DNA from: Gekko japonicus
Taxonomy: Eukaryota
DNA: 64,000 nucleotides
Assembly (NCBI RefSeq): GCF_001447785.1
Contig: NW_015162477.1
Location: 1,011,564 to 1,075,563 of the forward strand
Direction: 5' to 3'
Shown: in pieces, positions 26,721 to 38,238 of the stretch
Numbering within the stretch: the first letter of the stretch is position 1
Layout: every line of letters starts with the position of its first letter
The notes under the pieces: model-generated
The model's input: only the letters and a program-made list of their open reading frames with translations
Databases searched by the model: none
Told to the model about the DNA's origin: nothing
Translations under genes and position numbers: made by a program

Positions 26721-27616
26721 CCCCAAATTCCTTATGGAGTCTACCAGTGTAAGCTTGCTTTTAAGTAAATTTGCATCAAATTGAGGATTAAGCAATGCAA
26801 CTTGCTGATATGTGGGGATTTTAAAAACATATGAAGCTCATAACACTACTGGCCACCTAAGCGCTCCACAGGCTCTGTATGATTGCAGGGAAGGACAGGC
26901 CTGCCATCTCTCCAGAAACAGCTTGCTTGATCCTGCTGGAAGCTGCAGAAGCCCATTCTGCTTCATGCTGTGGAGAAGGCAAGGCAGAGACAGAAGTAAG
27001 GGGTGCTCAAGGTACTCATTTCAGGAGCCTTCTCAGGTCAGGCCATGAGCGTTCCAAACAAAGGTTCCAAGACAGCCTGATTGGTTGGTTCAGAACAGGT
27101 CCTCTAAGGGGGAAGTATTTGGGAACCCTCTACTTGCCACACTGTCATCTTGTTCTCTCCCCTGCATGACACTTATAGCTCAGGGTGAGATGAACAAAAG
27201 TACTCTACCCCATGCCAGGGAGAGACACAAAACAGCAAGGGAAGGAATGGGTGCTCAGGGATTTTCATCAGCAGAGGGAACCTCCCTTGTCAGCTGAAAA
27301 TGCCTCCTGAAATGCTAGTCTTGTGGGACTAAGGATCCCCCCGGGAACAGCATAAGAGGGGAAATGGCAGAGATTTCTTCCACCGGTTTGTGGAAATGTT
27401 TTGAAGGCTCTAACCAAAGAAATCTGCACATGGGACATGAACCCTAATAGTAACATATGTAAGTACTACTTCTAGTATTTCAGGTGCTCAACCCCTGCTT
27501 GGAATGCATGTCAGACTACCCCTTTGCCCAGCCTGAGAAAAGAAACCTTCTATAAATCACTAATGGAAACAAGTGAAAAAGCAGTTACAGTAGTCTCAGT
27601 TTAAACAAGGACTTAC

Positions 27617-27738
27617 CACCAGAAACAGGAGCATCCATAAAAACAGCTCCCATTTTTTCAGCTTCTTTGGCTAGCTCTTTTGAAACTGCAGGATCAATAG
27701 TACTGGAGTCGATTAACAAAGATCCTTTCTTCACTTTC
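27617..27738 (-). CDS. HIBADH: HIBADH coding exon 4
   Basis: 122-nt AG/GTAAG exon encoding KVKKGSLLIDSSTIDPAVSKELAKEAEKMGAVFMDAPVSG(G), in phase with exon 3. Confidence 0.95.
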
Positions 27739-27799
27739 CTGAAAAGAATTAAAAAAACAACAATATTGAGATTTTACAGCTATGACAAATACTGACAAT

Positions 27800-27937
27800 G
27801 AAAATTAACACCATAGATGCAACGAACATGAAATTGAGCAAACTTCAGAGGACGGCGGAAGACAGGAAAGCCTGGCGGGATCTGGTCCATGGGGTCGCGA
27901 AGCGTCGGACTCGACTGTGCGACTGAACAACAACAAC
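27800..27937 (+). mobile_element. BovB 3'-end fragment
   Basis: Matches the 3' end of the BovB at 1093-1230; (CAA)n tail; flanking direct repeat CTGACAAT. Confidence 0.8.
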
Positions 27938-27961
27938 CTGACAATAAAGGCAACACTGTGG

Positions 27962-28170
27962 GAGGGGTCGTGGCTCAGTGGAAGGGCCTCTGCTTTGCAT
28001 GAAGAAGGTCCCATGTTCAATCCCCAGCATCTCTGGTTAAAATGATCAGGTACTACGCAATATGAAAGACCTCTACTGGAGACCCTGGCGAGCTGCTGCC
28101 AGTCTGAGTAGACAATACTGACCTTAAAAGACTGTTGGTCTCATTCAGTATAAGGTAGCTTCATGTTCAC
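27962..28170 (+). mobile_element. tRNA-derived SINE (Squam2/Anolis-SINE2-like)
   Basis: A box TGGCTCAGTGG and B box GTTCAATCC, followed by a non-tRNA body and an ATGTTC tail. Confidence 0.75.
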
Positions 28171-28399
28171 TGCTTGGACACAGGCACTACCACAATAAAC
28201 TTAAAGATTTGGAGGTAACTCAAATTTTTCTAGTCCTACTAAATTAGTTCTTTGCTACTGATATATGCTATTTCATTAATTCCTCACCACCTGTCATTCT
28301 CATCAGAAAAAGAGTTTATACATAAACGGGGGGAAATCTAGACATTGCCTGCCTTTTATTAACATAGTTTAGCAAGAATAAAAGCAATGGGTCAAAAGA

Positions 28400-29610
28400 C
28401 CATGACTGACTGTGTCAAACACTGCTGTAAGATCGAGAAGTAACTGCAGCGCTGACCCACCTTGATCCAACTGCCTACAAAGATCATCTGTGAGGGTGAC
28501 CAGCAGTGTTCCCTTCAAGCTGAGCTAGTGTGAGCTAGCTCACAGTATTTTCGCCTCTGGGTCACACATTTTTGTCTTAGCTCAGGAAGGATGGCTCCAG
28601 AGCAAACTAATTGATGCAGTAGCCAAATCGCTCACTCACAACTTTAATGCCAGTAGCTCACAAAGTAGAATTTTTGCTCACAAGACTCCGCAGCTTAGAG
28701 GGAGCATTGGTGACCACTGCTGTCTCCATCCCATGAACGGGGCGGAAACTGGACTAGAATGGGTCCAGTGCCAATGTGTCATCCACAAAATTCTGGAGCT
28801 GTTCTGCCACCACTTTCTCAATTACCTAACCCAGAAATGAAAGGTTCAAGACTGGGTGATAATTGGATGGATCTGACAGATCCAAGGTTGGTTTAAGAGC
28901 AGTACAACCACAGCCTCTTTTAACTCCTCCAGATAGACCCCCGAATCCAGGGACAGAGGGACCCATATTCCCTTGCTGACAGCCATCAGCCACAAGGGGG
29001 GGGGGGCTGGGACACCCAGCTGGGCCTTCAAGACAAAATGTTCTATGGCAATTCCTCCTTACCAATCAGATCCGTATCAGTCCTTGAAGATCAAATCCAG
29101 TGTGCGACCTGCTTGATAAGTGGGATCCGATAAAATCTGGGAGAGTCCCAATGCTGCCATGGAAGACACTAGGTCTGAGGCCTGCAAGGAGGCTGCAGAA
29201 TTGGCATGGACACTGACGTCCCCAAGGACAATCAGTTTTGGGAACTCCAAAACCCAGCCTGCTATAATCTCCAGCAGGCTATCCACTGGAGCACCAGGTA
29301 GACAGTACCCCAGACAGGCAACCAAACTCTCCTCAGTATCCCAAATGAGGCCAACACAATACCAGTGATCTTTGGTTGAAAAGTGCCCTGAAGAGAGAAC
29401 CCTCTTGGACGAGTATTGCAACCCCTGCCCCTCAGTTCGGGACTGGTGGAGGACCGAATAATCTGGTGGGGTCAGTTCTCTTAAGGCAACTGTTTCGCCC
29501 TCCTGTGTCCAGGTCTCAGTCACACATGCCACACATACATTGTGCTGCAATATAACTATGCAGCATTGCAGTCTTATTATTTATGGACCTGGCAATTCAC
29601 AACATCAGTG
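28400..29610 (-). mobile_element. L2-clade LINE fragment (endonuclease and start of RT region), degenerate
   Basis: CVTETW, LIVLGD, TLDLIF and SNYHPVLNLSFLG motifs; interrupted by a hAT-type MITE at 28504-28709. Confidence 0.8.
28504..28709 (+). mobile_element. hAT-type MITE, same family
   Basis: Same TIRs and body; TSD GTGACCAG / GTGACCAC. Confidence 0.88.
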
Positions 29611-30257
29611 CCGAAGGGGGTATACTTCCCTAGCCCTCTCACTGACATGTTTCAAATACCCATGTACTTGAACAGAGTAAAAAAAATAAAATAAAACACT
29701 GGAGCTAAAGTATTATTCGTGCCAGAATAAAGTATGCAACATTTCTATGTTATGCTGAAATGCATGAGGTAAGAACTGTTACCATTCCCCAATCAGTAAG
29801 AACATGATCTTTCTATAGTTTTTCACTTCAATTATATTATTTTTAATTGCATTGGTATGCACTATGAGCTTCTTTGAACAAATACTAAGATTAACATTTA
29901 ACAAAAAAAACTAACATTAATAGAGTAAATAAAGAGCCTGGTGCTCTACAGAATTGCCAGAGTAGCAGAAGACTGCATTCTTATGCAAATAAGGCTTCAT
30001 GCACAAGCTTGCATCACGTGGCCTCGCACGTGCATTGCTACCTGTACTGCTGGATTCATTGTGCTATCACAGGTGAAACAAGATTGCTCTTTGCACATAC
30101 AGATGGCATCAGCTGAACTGAAGCAAGCCCTTTTCCAAAATATTTATTAAACTAAGACAATGAATGCAAGTGACACTTCAAGCTAAATGAAACCTAAAAC
30201 ATCTGTGCCTCGGTATTAAAAGCAACAAAAAAAGTAGTTAATGGAAGAAGTTCTTAC

Positions 30258-30367
30258 TTCAAAATTCCACTGTTTCCTGTGTAAACCTCTATTGCATTAG
30301 GATTAGATGGAAGCATTGTAATAATCCTGTCAGCTCTTTCTGCCACATCTGCTGGGGAATCAGTCAC
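30258..30367 (-). CDS. HIBADH: HIBADH coding exon 3
   Basis: 110-nt AG/GTAAG exon encoding VTDSPADVAERADRIITMLPSNPNAIEVYTGNSGIL(K). Confidence 0.97.
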
Positions 30368-31324
30368 CTTTTAAGGAAAACAAAATAGAGACAGTAATCA
30401 TTTTCTTACCAGAGATCATCCTTTTCACTAGTGTTTGAGATTCTCAGCAAGCTCCTAGAGTGGCACAAACTGTGCAATGCAGAATAACTACAAAAACCAA
30501 CAAAAGCATAACAAAGGGGTGAAATCCTGCAGCATGCTGCTGCTACTATGAATGTTAGTCACACAAGAGACATTATAGAAACATAACAATAGAAAAGCAG
30601 AAGAGAAGACGCCTGTCCACAACAGTGAATGCAGGTACAATCTGTGCACACTGCACACTTGATTCTTTGTATGTGTATTGAGCAATTCTTATATTATAGT
30701 CAATGTATGTACAGTTGAACGTGTGATACAAATCCCACATTTATCCTGATACTGATCCTCAGTTTCATTTGTAAACTGAATGTGCATTGATTCTTTCTTA
30801 CTAACAGATATATGCATGGTAGATTCAGGTGGGTAGCTGTGTTGGTCTGAAGTAGAGGTGTTCTCCAAGCAGCGGAATCGCGTGGCTTGGAGAAGACATT
30901 TAAAGGGACCACGATCCCTTTAAATGCCTTTCCCTCTCCACTGGTTTCAATGGAGGACGGGACACCTTCTTTCGGGGCCCATAGAACTGGACCCCCTGGT
31001 CTAATCTTTTTTAAAATTGGGGGGATTTTTGAGGAGAGGCACCAGCAGCTATCCTACAAATTTGGTGCCTCTACCTCAAAAACACCCCCCCCCGAGCACC
31101 AGATACCACTGGATTGATTCTCCATCATACCCTATGGGAAACATGGTCCCTATATAATGGAGCAAAAAAAAATATCTGGGTTTCCCAAATATTTCCTGAA
31201 TCCAAATACCACACCAGTATCAGGATTCCGGAATATCAGGAAATACAGATATCTTTTGGGTCCAATATACCTGAACCCGAAAATACTGGGTTTTTTTTGG
31301 CACACCAGTAGTCTGAATCAATAG

Positions 31325-31667
31325 AACAAAGTCTGAGTCCAGTGGCACCTTTAAAACCAACAATGTTTAATTCTGGGTATAAGTTTTCGAGTTCTCACAT
31401 CTGTTAACTCTTGTATTTGATTGTTAATTTACTGCAACTCTCAGGTCTTAACAACTGCTTTAATCCAATCACAGCTATACTTATTACCCAGTTACACATG
31501 CATCTTGACTCTAACTGGCCCTTCTTGGCAACCAACCCCCCCACCTATATGTAAGGGCTGAGGAAGTCTGTTTCAATGTATCCAATGAAGTGTGCATGCA
31601 CACAAAAGCTTATACCCAGAATTAAACTTTGTTGATCTTAGAGGTGCCACTGGACTCAAACTTTGTT
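31325..31667 (+). mobile_element. Penelope-like pLTR unit preceded by an inverted copy of its end
   Basis: 31325-31389 is the reverse complement of about 31603-31667; body matches the 46468-47030 units; hammerhead relic at 31578-31615. Confidence 0.65.
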
Positions 31668-32075
31668 AGATATATGCATGTACAGACATGATATGTGAAT
31701 TTACTGCGACATGTGAACAGGACTAATATCACCCATGAGCAACTGATTCAAGAGGATAGGAAAGAAACTTTTAATTTACCGAAGTTGTGTATCCTCACTG
31801 TTACCTATTAGCCTGTTAACCAAGCGATCCATTATCTTATATAGCGATAGAGCTTTATGATATTCCAGTTATTTACTATTTCTGTGCATTTTCCAAGAAC
31901 AACATTGATTTACCATCAGTTGTGTTATTTTAAAAATACTCAGAAACAGAGCAGACAGAAAGGAACTTACATCTCTGAGCCACACTATGCATGCTGTGGA
32001 ATAAATCTTTGGGTTAAACTTAGGTCTGTCCCAATCACCTATTAAGCATGTTTGAAAAGAAGATGCTTACTATAC

Positions 32076-32236
32076 CTGTGCACCCACATCTTGAAATTCT
32101 TTACAAGCTTCTGGAAATACATCATATGCAATAACAGGATAGCCATTTTTGATAAGGTTTTTTGCCATTGGATTACCCATGTTGCCCAAACCAATGAATC
32201 CAACAGGGGTCTTGGAAGCCATTGCCCTAGAAGACA
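32076..32236 (-). CDS. HIBADH: HIBADH coding exon 2 (Rossmann GxGxxG NAD-binding motif)
   Basis: 161-nt AG/GT exon encoding (V)SSRAMASKTPVGFIGLGNMGNPMAKNLIKNGYPVIAYDVFPEACKEFQDVGAQ, matching vertebrate HIBADH. Confidence 0.97.
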
Positions 32237-32596
32237 CTAATTGCAATAAAAAAGTTTCAATCTAAGAATACTTTGCTACATATACATATATATATAATAA
32301 AAATATTTCATTTTTACTTATCAGATTTAAGAAATAAACTGTTAATGTACATCCTTAAAGTTTCATTTCATCTCAAGTTTAATTCCAGTCCTGCCAATCT
32401 TTTTGTCTTTTAAGTCCTTTTAAACACAGTTTATAATCATGCCAAACCTAAAATTGCAACGTATGATCTTCACTCCAAAAATGCAAGGAAAGCATCTATA
32501 AAGTTAAATATATAAAGATTTTTTTTTAAAACACTAAACACCAATTCTAGTAGTGTTCATGGTCATCTTATGAATGCTTATTAGAAATTCAGTTCC

Positions 32597-34423
32597 GACT
32601 TCCGGTCTGTGGCTCGGCGATGGCGGACGCTCTCCCCGATCGCTGGGGAGGCAATCCACACTCCAGTGGGGTAGGAGGGGTGCCACCTCAAGTGGCACTC
32701 CCAGGTGAGCCTTAGGTAAAGGCTTTCGAGCCGGGGGCGCGGGAGGGGCGACCTCTTCAACGGCGTAATGCCGGAGAATTGAGGCGCTCCTTTGCCCCAT
32801 TCGGTCCTCCCCCTGCGAGGTTCGGTTTTTACCGAGCTTAGCCGATGCCGACCGGGACAAGCTGCGAGGGTTATCGATTTATTGGAGCTATAAGGAGTCT
32901 GGATGCAGACGGGTGATGAGTCGGAGAAAGAGCCAAGCGAAAACCTTTTTTAAAAAGTGAGTTCTCCCCCCCACCCTTCGGAAAGCGGCGTCTGGGAAGG
33001 CTCCCGGACGTAAACAAACAGAAATATCTTAACAAAACAGGGGGAGGGGGAGAGAAGAGAATCGCGGAAGTGTGCAAGAGACTTAGCTGTGTTTGCAGAA
33101 AAACTTAAGCGATTCTTTGAAGAAGAGTGAAGTTGGTCTTCTAAAGTAAACAAAGTAGAAAAATGGCCGGCGTACGAGGAAAAGCAGGCAGACAAATTGG
33201 GAGGGGCGGTCAGAGCCGAGAGGCGAGGAGGCAGGAGATCTGCTCTCTATGCTAACGGATCTGCTCAAGCCTATTAACGAAAGACTCGATGGTATTAACC
33301 AGCAAATGGCCGCATCCAACCAAAGCCTGGCAAAGCAGCAACAGCAAATTGCCGAGCTGGTTAAAAAGTCGATCCAAACAGACGATAAGCTTAAAGAGAC
33401 AACACATGACACCAAAAAAGTTAAAAATAAATTTGGTCTGTTAGAGCAAAGACAAGATTCGCAAGAACGTAGACTTTTGAACCTGCAGATGGAAAAAGCA
33501 AACAAGACACTCAGATTCCAGGGGATAGCTGAAGCACAAGGAGAAAACTTGAAAAAGATGATGGCAGAGCTTATCGCACCGGCGATAGGTTGCACAACGG
33601 CAGAAGCGGAAGTTGAATTCGAGGTGATCTATCGATCATACTCTAAATATATAAAACGAAATAACCTGCCGGGTGAAGTCGTTGTCAAGTTTCTCAGAAG
33701 ACAGATGAGATATGATATTCTCAGAGCAACATCAGCTAACCCCCTGCAGCTGGGAGCTACAACTATCAAAGTTTTAAAAGATGTGCCATTTGAGGTTCGT
33801 GAAAAAAGAAAAGCCTACAAAGAATTGATTTCTACACTACAGATCAACCAAATTCCGTATTCCTGGAATTTCCCTGAAGGTGTCGTGTTCAAATATAGAG
33901 ACAAAAGGGAAAAAATTGACTCGGTGTTTAAAGCAGAAGAATGGTTGAAGTGGTTTTTCGGATCGAAAGAAGAGGAACAGCAAGAAAGTGGAGGTGCAGC
34001 AGCAGTCATCACGGAAGATAAGGGCGACGACCAAGGAGCAACCGGTGACGAGGCCAAAGAGACATATGATTTGCGGCTTAGAAGACCAAAATAACTCTTT
34101 GAAGATTTGGAGCTTGCAAACAGTGATGGAGATGAAAGAACTCTTTGCACACGCAGAAGATGATGGAGAAGATACTAATATGGACTTACTAATTTCCGAC
34201 TACCTTGACTTAAACGAAAAGCTTTTTATTTTGGAATACTAACAGAATACTAACCATTTACAACCCTCTCTCTTGGGATTTTAGTCATAGTGTGGGTTTT
34301 TATTTTCTGTCCTTTATCCTGGGGTAACTTTCCCCTTCCCTTTTTTCTTTTTCTGTAGTGTTTAGGTGTAACAAAAAACAAAAAAGCTACCCTGTTCGCA
34401 GGGGATTAAAAAAAAGAAAAAAA
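32597..34423 (+). mobile_element. Full-length ORF1-only L1-derived non-autonomous retrotransposon (half-L1/HAL1-like)
   Basis: 14-bp TSD AGAAATTCAGTTCC (32583-32596 and 34424-34437); GC-rich 5' UTR starting GACTTCCGG with ATGGCGG; one ORF1p-like ORF; about 330-nt 3' UTR; poly(A); no ORF2. Confidence 0.88.
33249..34094 (+). CDS. L1 ORF1p-like RNA-binding protein (coiled coil, RRM-like, CTD) of the ORF1-only element
   Basis: 281-aa ORF with an N-terminal coiled coil, then LRFQGIAE..ENL, PGEVVVKF, IKVLKDVP..VREKRK and YSWNFPEG, resembling L1 ORF1p (Transposase_22-type). The true ATG is probably 33163, offset by a 1-bp frameshift. Confidence 0.8.
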   Translation: MLTDLLKPINERLDGINQQMAASNQSLAKQQQQIAELVKKSIQTDDKLKETTHDTKKVKNKFGLLEQRQDSQERRLLNLQMEKANKTLRFQGIAEAQGENLKKMMAELIAPAIGCTTAEAEVEFEVIYRSYSKYIKRNNLPGEVVVKFLRRQMRYDILRATSANPLQLGATTIKVLKDVPFEVREKRKAYKELISTLQINQIPYSWNFPEGVVFKYRDKREKIDSVFKAEEWLKWFFGSKEEEQQESGGAAAVITEDKGDDQGATGDEAKETYDLRLRRPK

Positions 34424-34752
34424 AGAAATTCAGTTCCAGCATATTCAATGGGAATTATTCGCTATTATGTTTAGGATTGTAGCGCACCAATACTGCCCTA
34501 TGCCAAGTTATATGGACTTAGAAGGGTATAACTGTGCTTACGATTGTGCTGCAAGTCTGCTATTCACTTGCAAAACAGGTTTGAGACAGATAACAGTAAA
34601 CGTTTTCTCCATTTTCCCATCACTACACCTAAGAGTAAACTGGCACCCCCTGTTTTGATCACACAACCCATAGACAGCTGGGGTCTCAACATACTGGAGA
34701 GTCCCCAGGTTTGCAGAAAGATTTTGTTAGTTAATCAAAATAAAAGAGCTTG

Positions 34753-34960
34753 GCCCTGACCTAGATAACCCAGGCAAGCCCAGTCTCAGAAGCTAAGCAG
34801 GGCCGACCCAGGCAAGTATTTGGCTGGGAGACTTCCAAAGGATACCAGGGCTAGGAAGCAGAGGCAGGCTATCAAGCCACCGCTCTGAACACCTTCCATG
34901 CCCCAGTAGAAGTCATCAGAAGCCGCCATGACTTCCAGGCATGGGTAAACACACACATGC
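34753..34960 (+). mobile_element. 5S rRNA-derived SINE (tail type A)
   Basis: GCCCTGACCT...CAGAAGCTAAGCAGGGCCGACCC...GGGAGAC head; tail similar to 4445-4530. Confidence 0.75.
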
Positions 34961-36158
34961 AGAGAGAGATATATATTAAAGAACCCTAGAGGGGAAGATA
35001 GATGCAATTCCAAATTGCAATCCATACATTACTTTTTATTGTTTGTCATTCTACCACAATTTCTTGCAGGTTACTAAGCTTGCATAATATACGAACAAAC
35101 TAGTGCTGTTGTACATGAAGGCTACTGGAATCCAGTGACTACTGCACAGAATCCAGTAGACTTCTGGCCCATCTACACAAGCATGCATCAGCAAGAGACA
35201 GCATACCTATGGCAGAAATAAATACCCATCTTACGAAGAGCCAGAAAGCTGTTCCCCTTTCCTAAGCTAAGCAGCCCTTACCACTCTTTTACAATAAGAA
35301 ATTATCATCAAGCGCAATGCACAAAGGAGTTTTTAAATTCTTTCCCAAAAATATATTGATAGATTCACACTAAGAGTATTCAAGTTTACACAGCATGAAA
35401 CTACTTATTTCATGGTAGAATGTTGGAAGTTGCACAGATCAGCATACAAAAAGCAGCTGTTTCATGGTGAAATAAACTATTTTTATCATAAAAAAGTAAT
35501 TTAACAGAAATAACAGTTACAATAAACTCTATTATGTATCATTCTGCCTAGGCCTGGTTGGTAAACATTGTACAAATGTTTTAAGGTTTAAAAAACAATT
35601 ATAAAAGAGGTTCTGCTATTTGTTTTGGATTTGCCATCCCACCATTTCACTTAATTGCTCATCGTTCTTAAGTTACAAAGCAAGGAGATTGAGTCTTGCG
35701 TTGTCAAGAACCGTTGTTCAGATTCCATGCATAGTTATCTCTTTCCTTTTCCTGTCTACCAATTCAGCCAGTTAGCATCAGCTATAACTCAGTATACAGA
35801 CAGCTGTTCACCAGAAGCCAAAATGAATGCAAACTACTATCATATGGCAATATTGCCTTTATAGCCTAAGGATTCAGTTTTAAAAGGCATAATGGAAATT
35901 TAAACACCGGAGTTATTTAATCCCTCCACCCAGCAGTCTACAAGTTATTCCCCGGCATCAGTAGAACACTCATGTAAATTAGAATGATGACAGACACTTG
36001 AATGACAAGAGAAGCTGTCAACTACATATGAAAACTATAATATGACAATATGGACTCGCACTAGGAATGTAATTCAGAGGAAACTGTACTCAAGCGCCAC
36101 TGAAATTCAAGTGATACTCAGCTCTCTCAAGATTGTATCTTATAATCATAATTTAGAT

Positions 36159-36564
36159 CAGGTGACCCCAATGTTTTTGAGCTTGTGGGCACCTTTGGAA
36201 TTCTGTTACAGGGTACTGCGTGCAGCCAACCACAAAATGTCACAAAGGGAGGTTATGCATCACTCTGTGAGTAATACTTCCAACATTTCAGGCAAAAGCT
36301 CTGCTCAGCCAGATGCCCTTTAAAATGAACATGTTGCTTAAAAATATTTTCTTGCATATACACAGCTTACCTTTGCCACCTTTGCTGCAAAAGGCAAGTT
36401 AATAAAAAACCTGCCCAGCCAATCAAACTTGATCGGCCAATCAGAAGCCCCGCTGAGCAGAAGCCCTAGTTGGCACTGTCCACTTTCTAAAAACACTTGG
36501 CAGGGACCAGAAAAGGTGCTGGCAAGCACTATGGAGCCCATGGGTGCCACACTAGGGACCCCTG
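36159..36564. mobile_element. hAT (Charlie-like) non-autonomous element
   Basis: Ends CAGG...CCCTG; TSD ATTTAGAT / ATTTAGAC. Confidence 0.7.
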
Positions 36565-38053
36565 ATTTAGACACTGGTAGCACTGCATGCATTAATGAAC
36601 AAATATTAGGCAACAGTATGATCTGAAACAGAACAGTGAAAAAGATTTTCCTTTTATAAATATAATCCTAGATTCAGGGCCCAAAACAACCATCTGTTTT
36701 TGTTTCACTGCTGGTTGTAAGAAACACTTTTTAAAAATGGCAGTAGAATCATCCAGGGCATATGATTAAAGATCAAATTTGTAATTTACCAACAACAAAA
36801 ACTCAGAGTTTATTTAATGAAAAATAGCATTTATTAAGCATCTGGAAGCAATCAGACATTGTATGCAAAACATCCTCCTTGGCTCAGATGCACTTAGAGA
36901 CCATCTGATGATTATAAGTTTCTTCTTAGTCACAAGATGGACGTAACCATTATTCACACAATAATATAGTTGGTGCCATGATCAATAAACCAACACCTTG
37001 CACTGGGCCACCAGTTCAACAGTCTTAACTTCAATGATTAAGAAACTTCATAAAATGCAGTTAGAAAGTTTGCCATAAGAGACCGAGCGAGAAATTTGAT
37101 TGTATATCAGAACTGAAATTCATATGGGCTGTGTTACTCTCACACAATTCTTCCTGCTATAACTGTAGCTAAATAAGAACTGGGTAGAAGAAAATACCTT
37201 ATTAACTTGCAAAATAACAGACAGTCTTGTGGCATCTCAAAGACTAATGGATCAGTTGTTAGAGATGTATGAGGTGCTACATTTGTATAGTTGCCAACTT
37301 CCAGATAGGGACGGGAGTTCTTCTAGAATTATAATTGATCTCCATGCTACTGAGATCAGTTCCCCTGGAGGAAATGGCAGCCTTGGAGAGTGGAATCCGT
37401 GACATCACAACTCCAATGAGTTACCACCCCTCAGCAAACTTCACCCTCAAATCTCCAGGATTTTTTCAAGCTGCAGTTGGTTACCTTGTAGGCAGAAAGA
37501 ACAGCAGAAAGAGGTCAAGGGAGGAAGGCAGAGTTATTGCAAATAGGTCAGGAGACCCAGCTCCCCAGGACTTAAGAGTTTTACATCACATTGCAGAGCA
37601 CAGATAATCACAAGATCTTGCCAAAGAGTAAATGATCCAATCAGAGTGGACTCCTTACAATAATGACACCTGGTTTTAAGTGTAACCAATAGCTTTGCTA
37701 GGTTATCTGTAAAAACTAATGTTGACTGAGCCATTGTTATTTATGAGAAAGACAGAAGGACAGATTAGCCCAATATCTGTTTTCAGAAGAGATAACAGTG
37801 ATTTACTTGAAATCCTATGTAGGTTCAGAAGTAGAGAATGTATATAAGTTGACATTTATAAAGAACTATAATTTTAGATGGTGCTTCATGAAGTAACATA
37901 AACAGAGCAGATAGATCTCTACTACAAAGTGGTATACAACTTGAATTTAAACAATGTGTGAGGTTGGCAAACTTAAAGGAGGGGTGGAATAACCAAGGGA
38001 TGAACATGAACACATGAAGTTCTAAGTACTTCTATATATGTTAAATTTTCAGG

Positions 38054-38238
38054 GCCCTCACCTGGATAGCCCAGATCTCAGAAGCTAAGCAGTGTTGATC
38101 CTAGCTAGTGTTTGGATGGGAGACCTCCAAGGAATACTAGGGTCGTGACATGCAGGGAGGCAATGGCAAACCACCTCTGAGCATCTCTTGCCTTGAAACC
38201 CCTACGGGGTTGCCATAACTCAGCTGTGACTTGATGGC
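38054..38238 (+). mobile_element. 5S rRNA-derived SINE (tail type B)
   Basis: GATCTCAGAAGCTAAGCAG..TTGGATGGGAGACC..GGAATAC head and RTE-like tail. Confidence 0.8.

Noticed and set aside
27962-28035. tRNA gene
   Set aside because: A and B boxes are present, but the sequence continues into a SINE body and the cloverleaf is degenerate.
33083-33595. Antisense ORFs over the ORF1 elements (also 33815-34150 and 48602-48994)
   Set aside because: Ser/Phe/Leu-rich shadows of the A-rich sense ORF, with no independent support.
33249-34094. Possible domesticated L1TD1-like host gene
   Set aside because: TSDs, poly(A) and multiple dispersed copies show a mobile element, not a single-copy gene.
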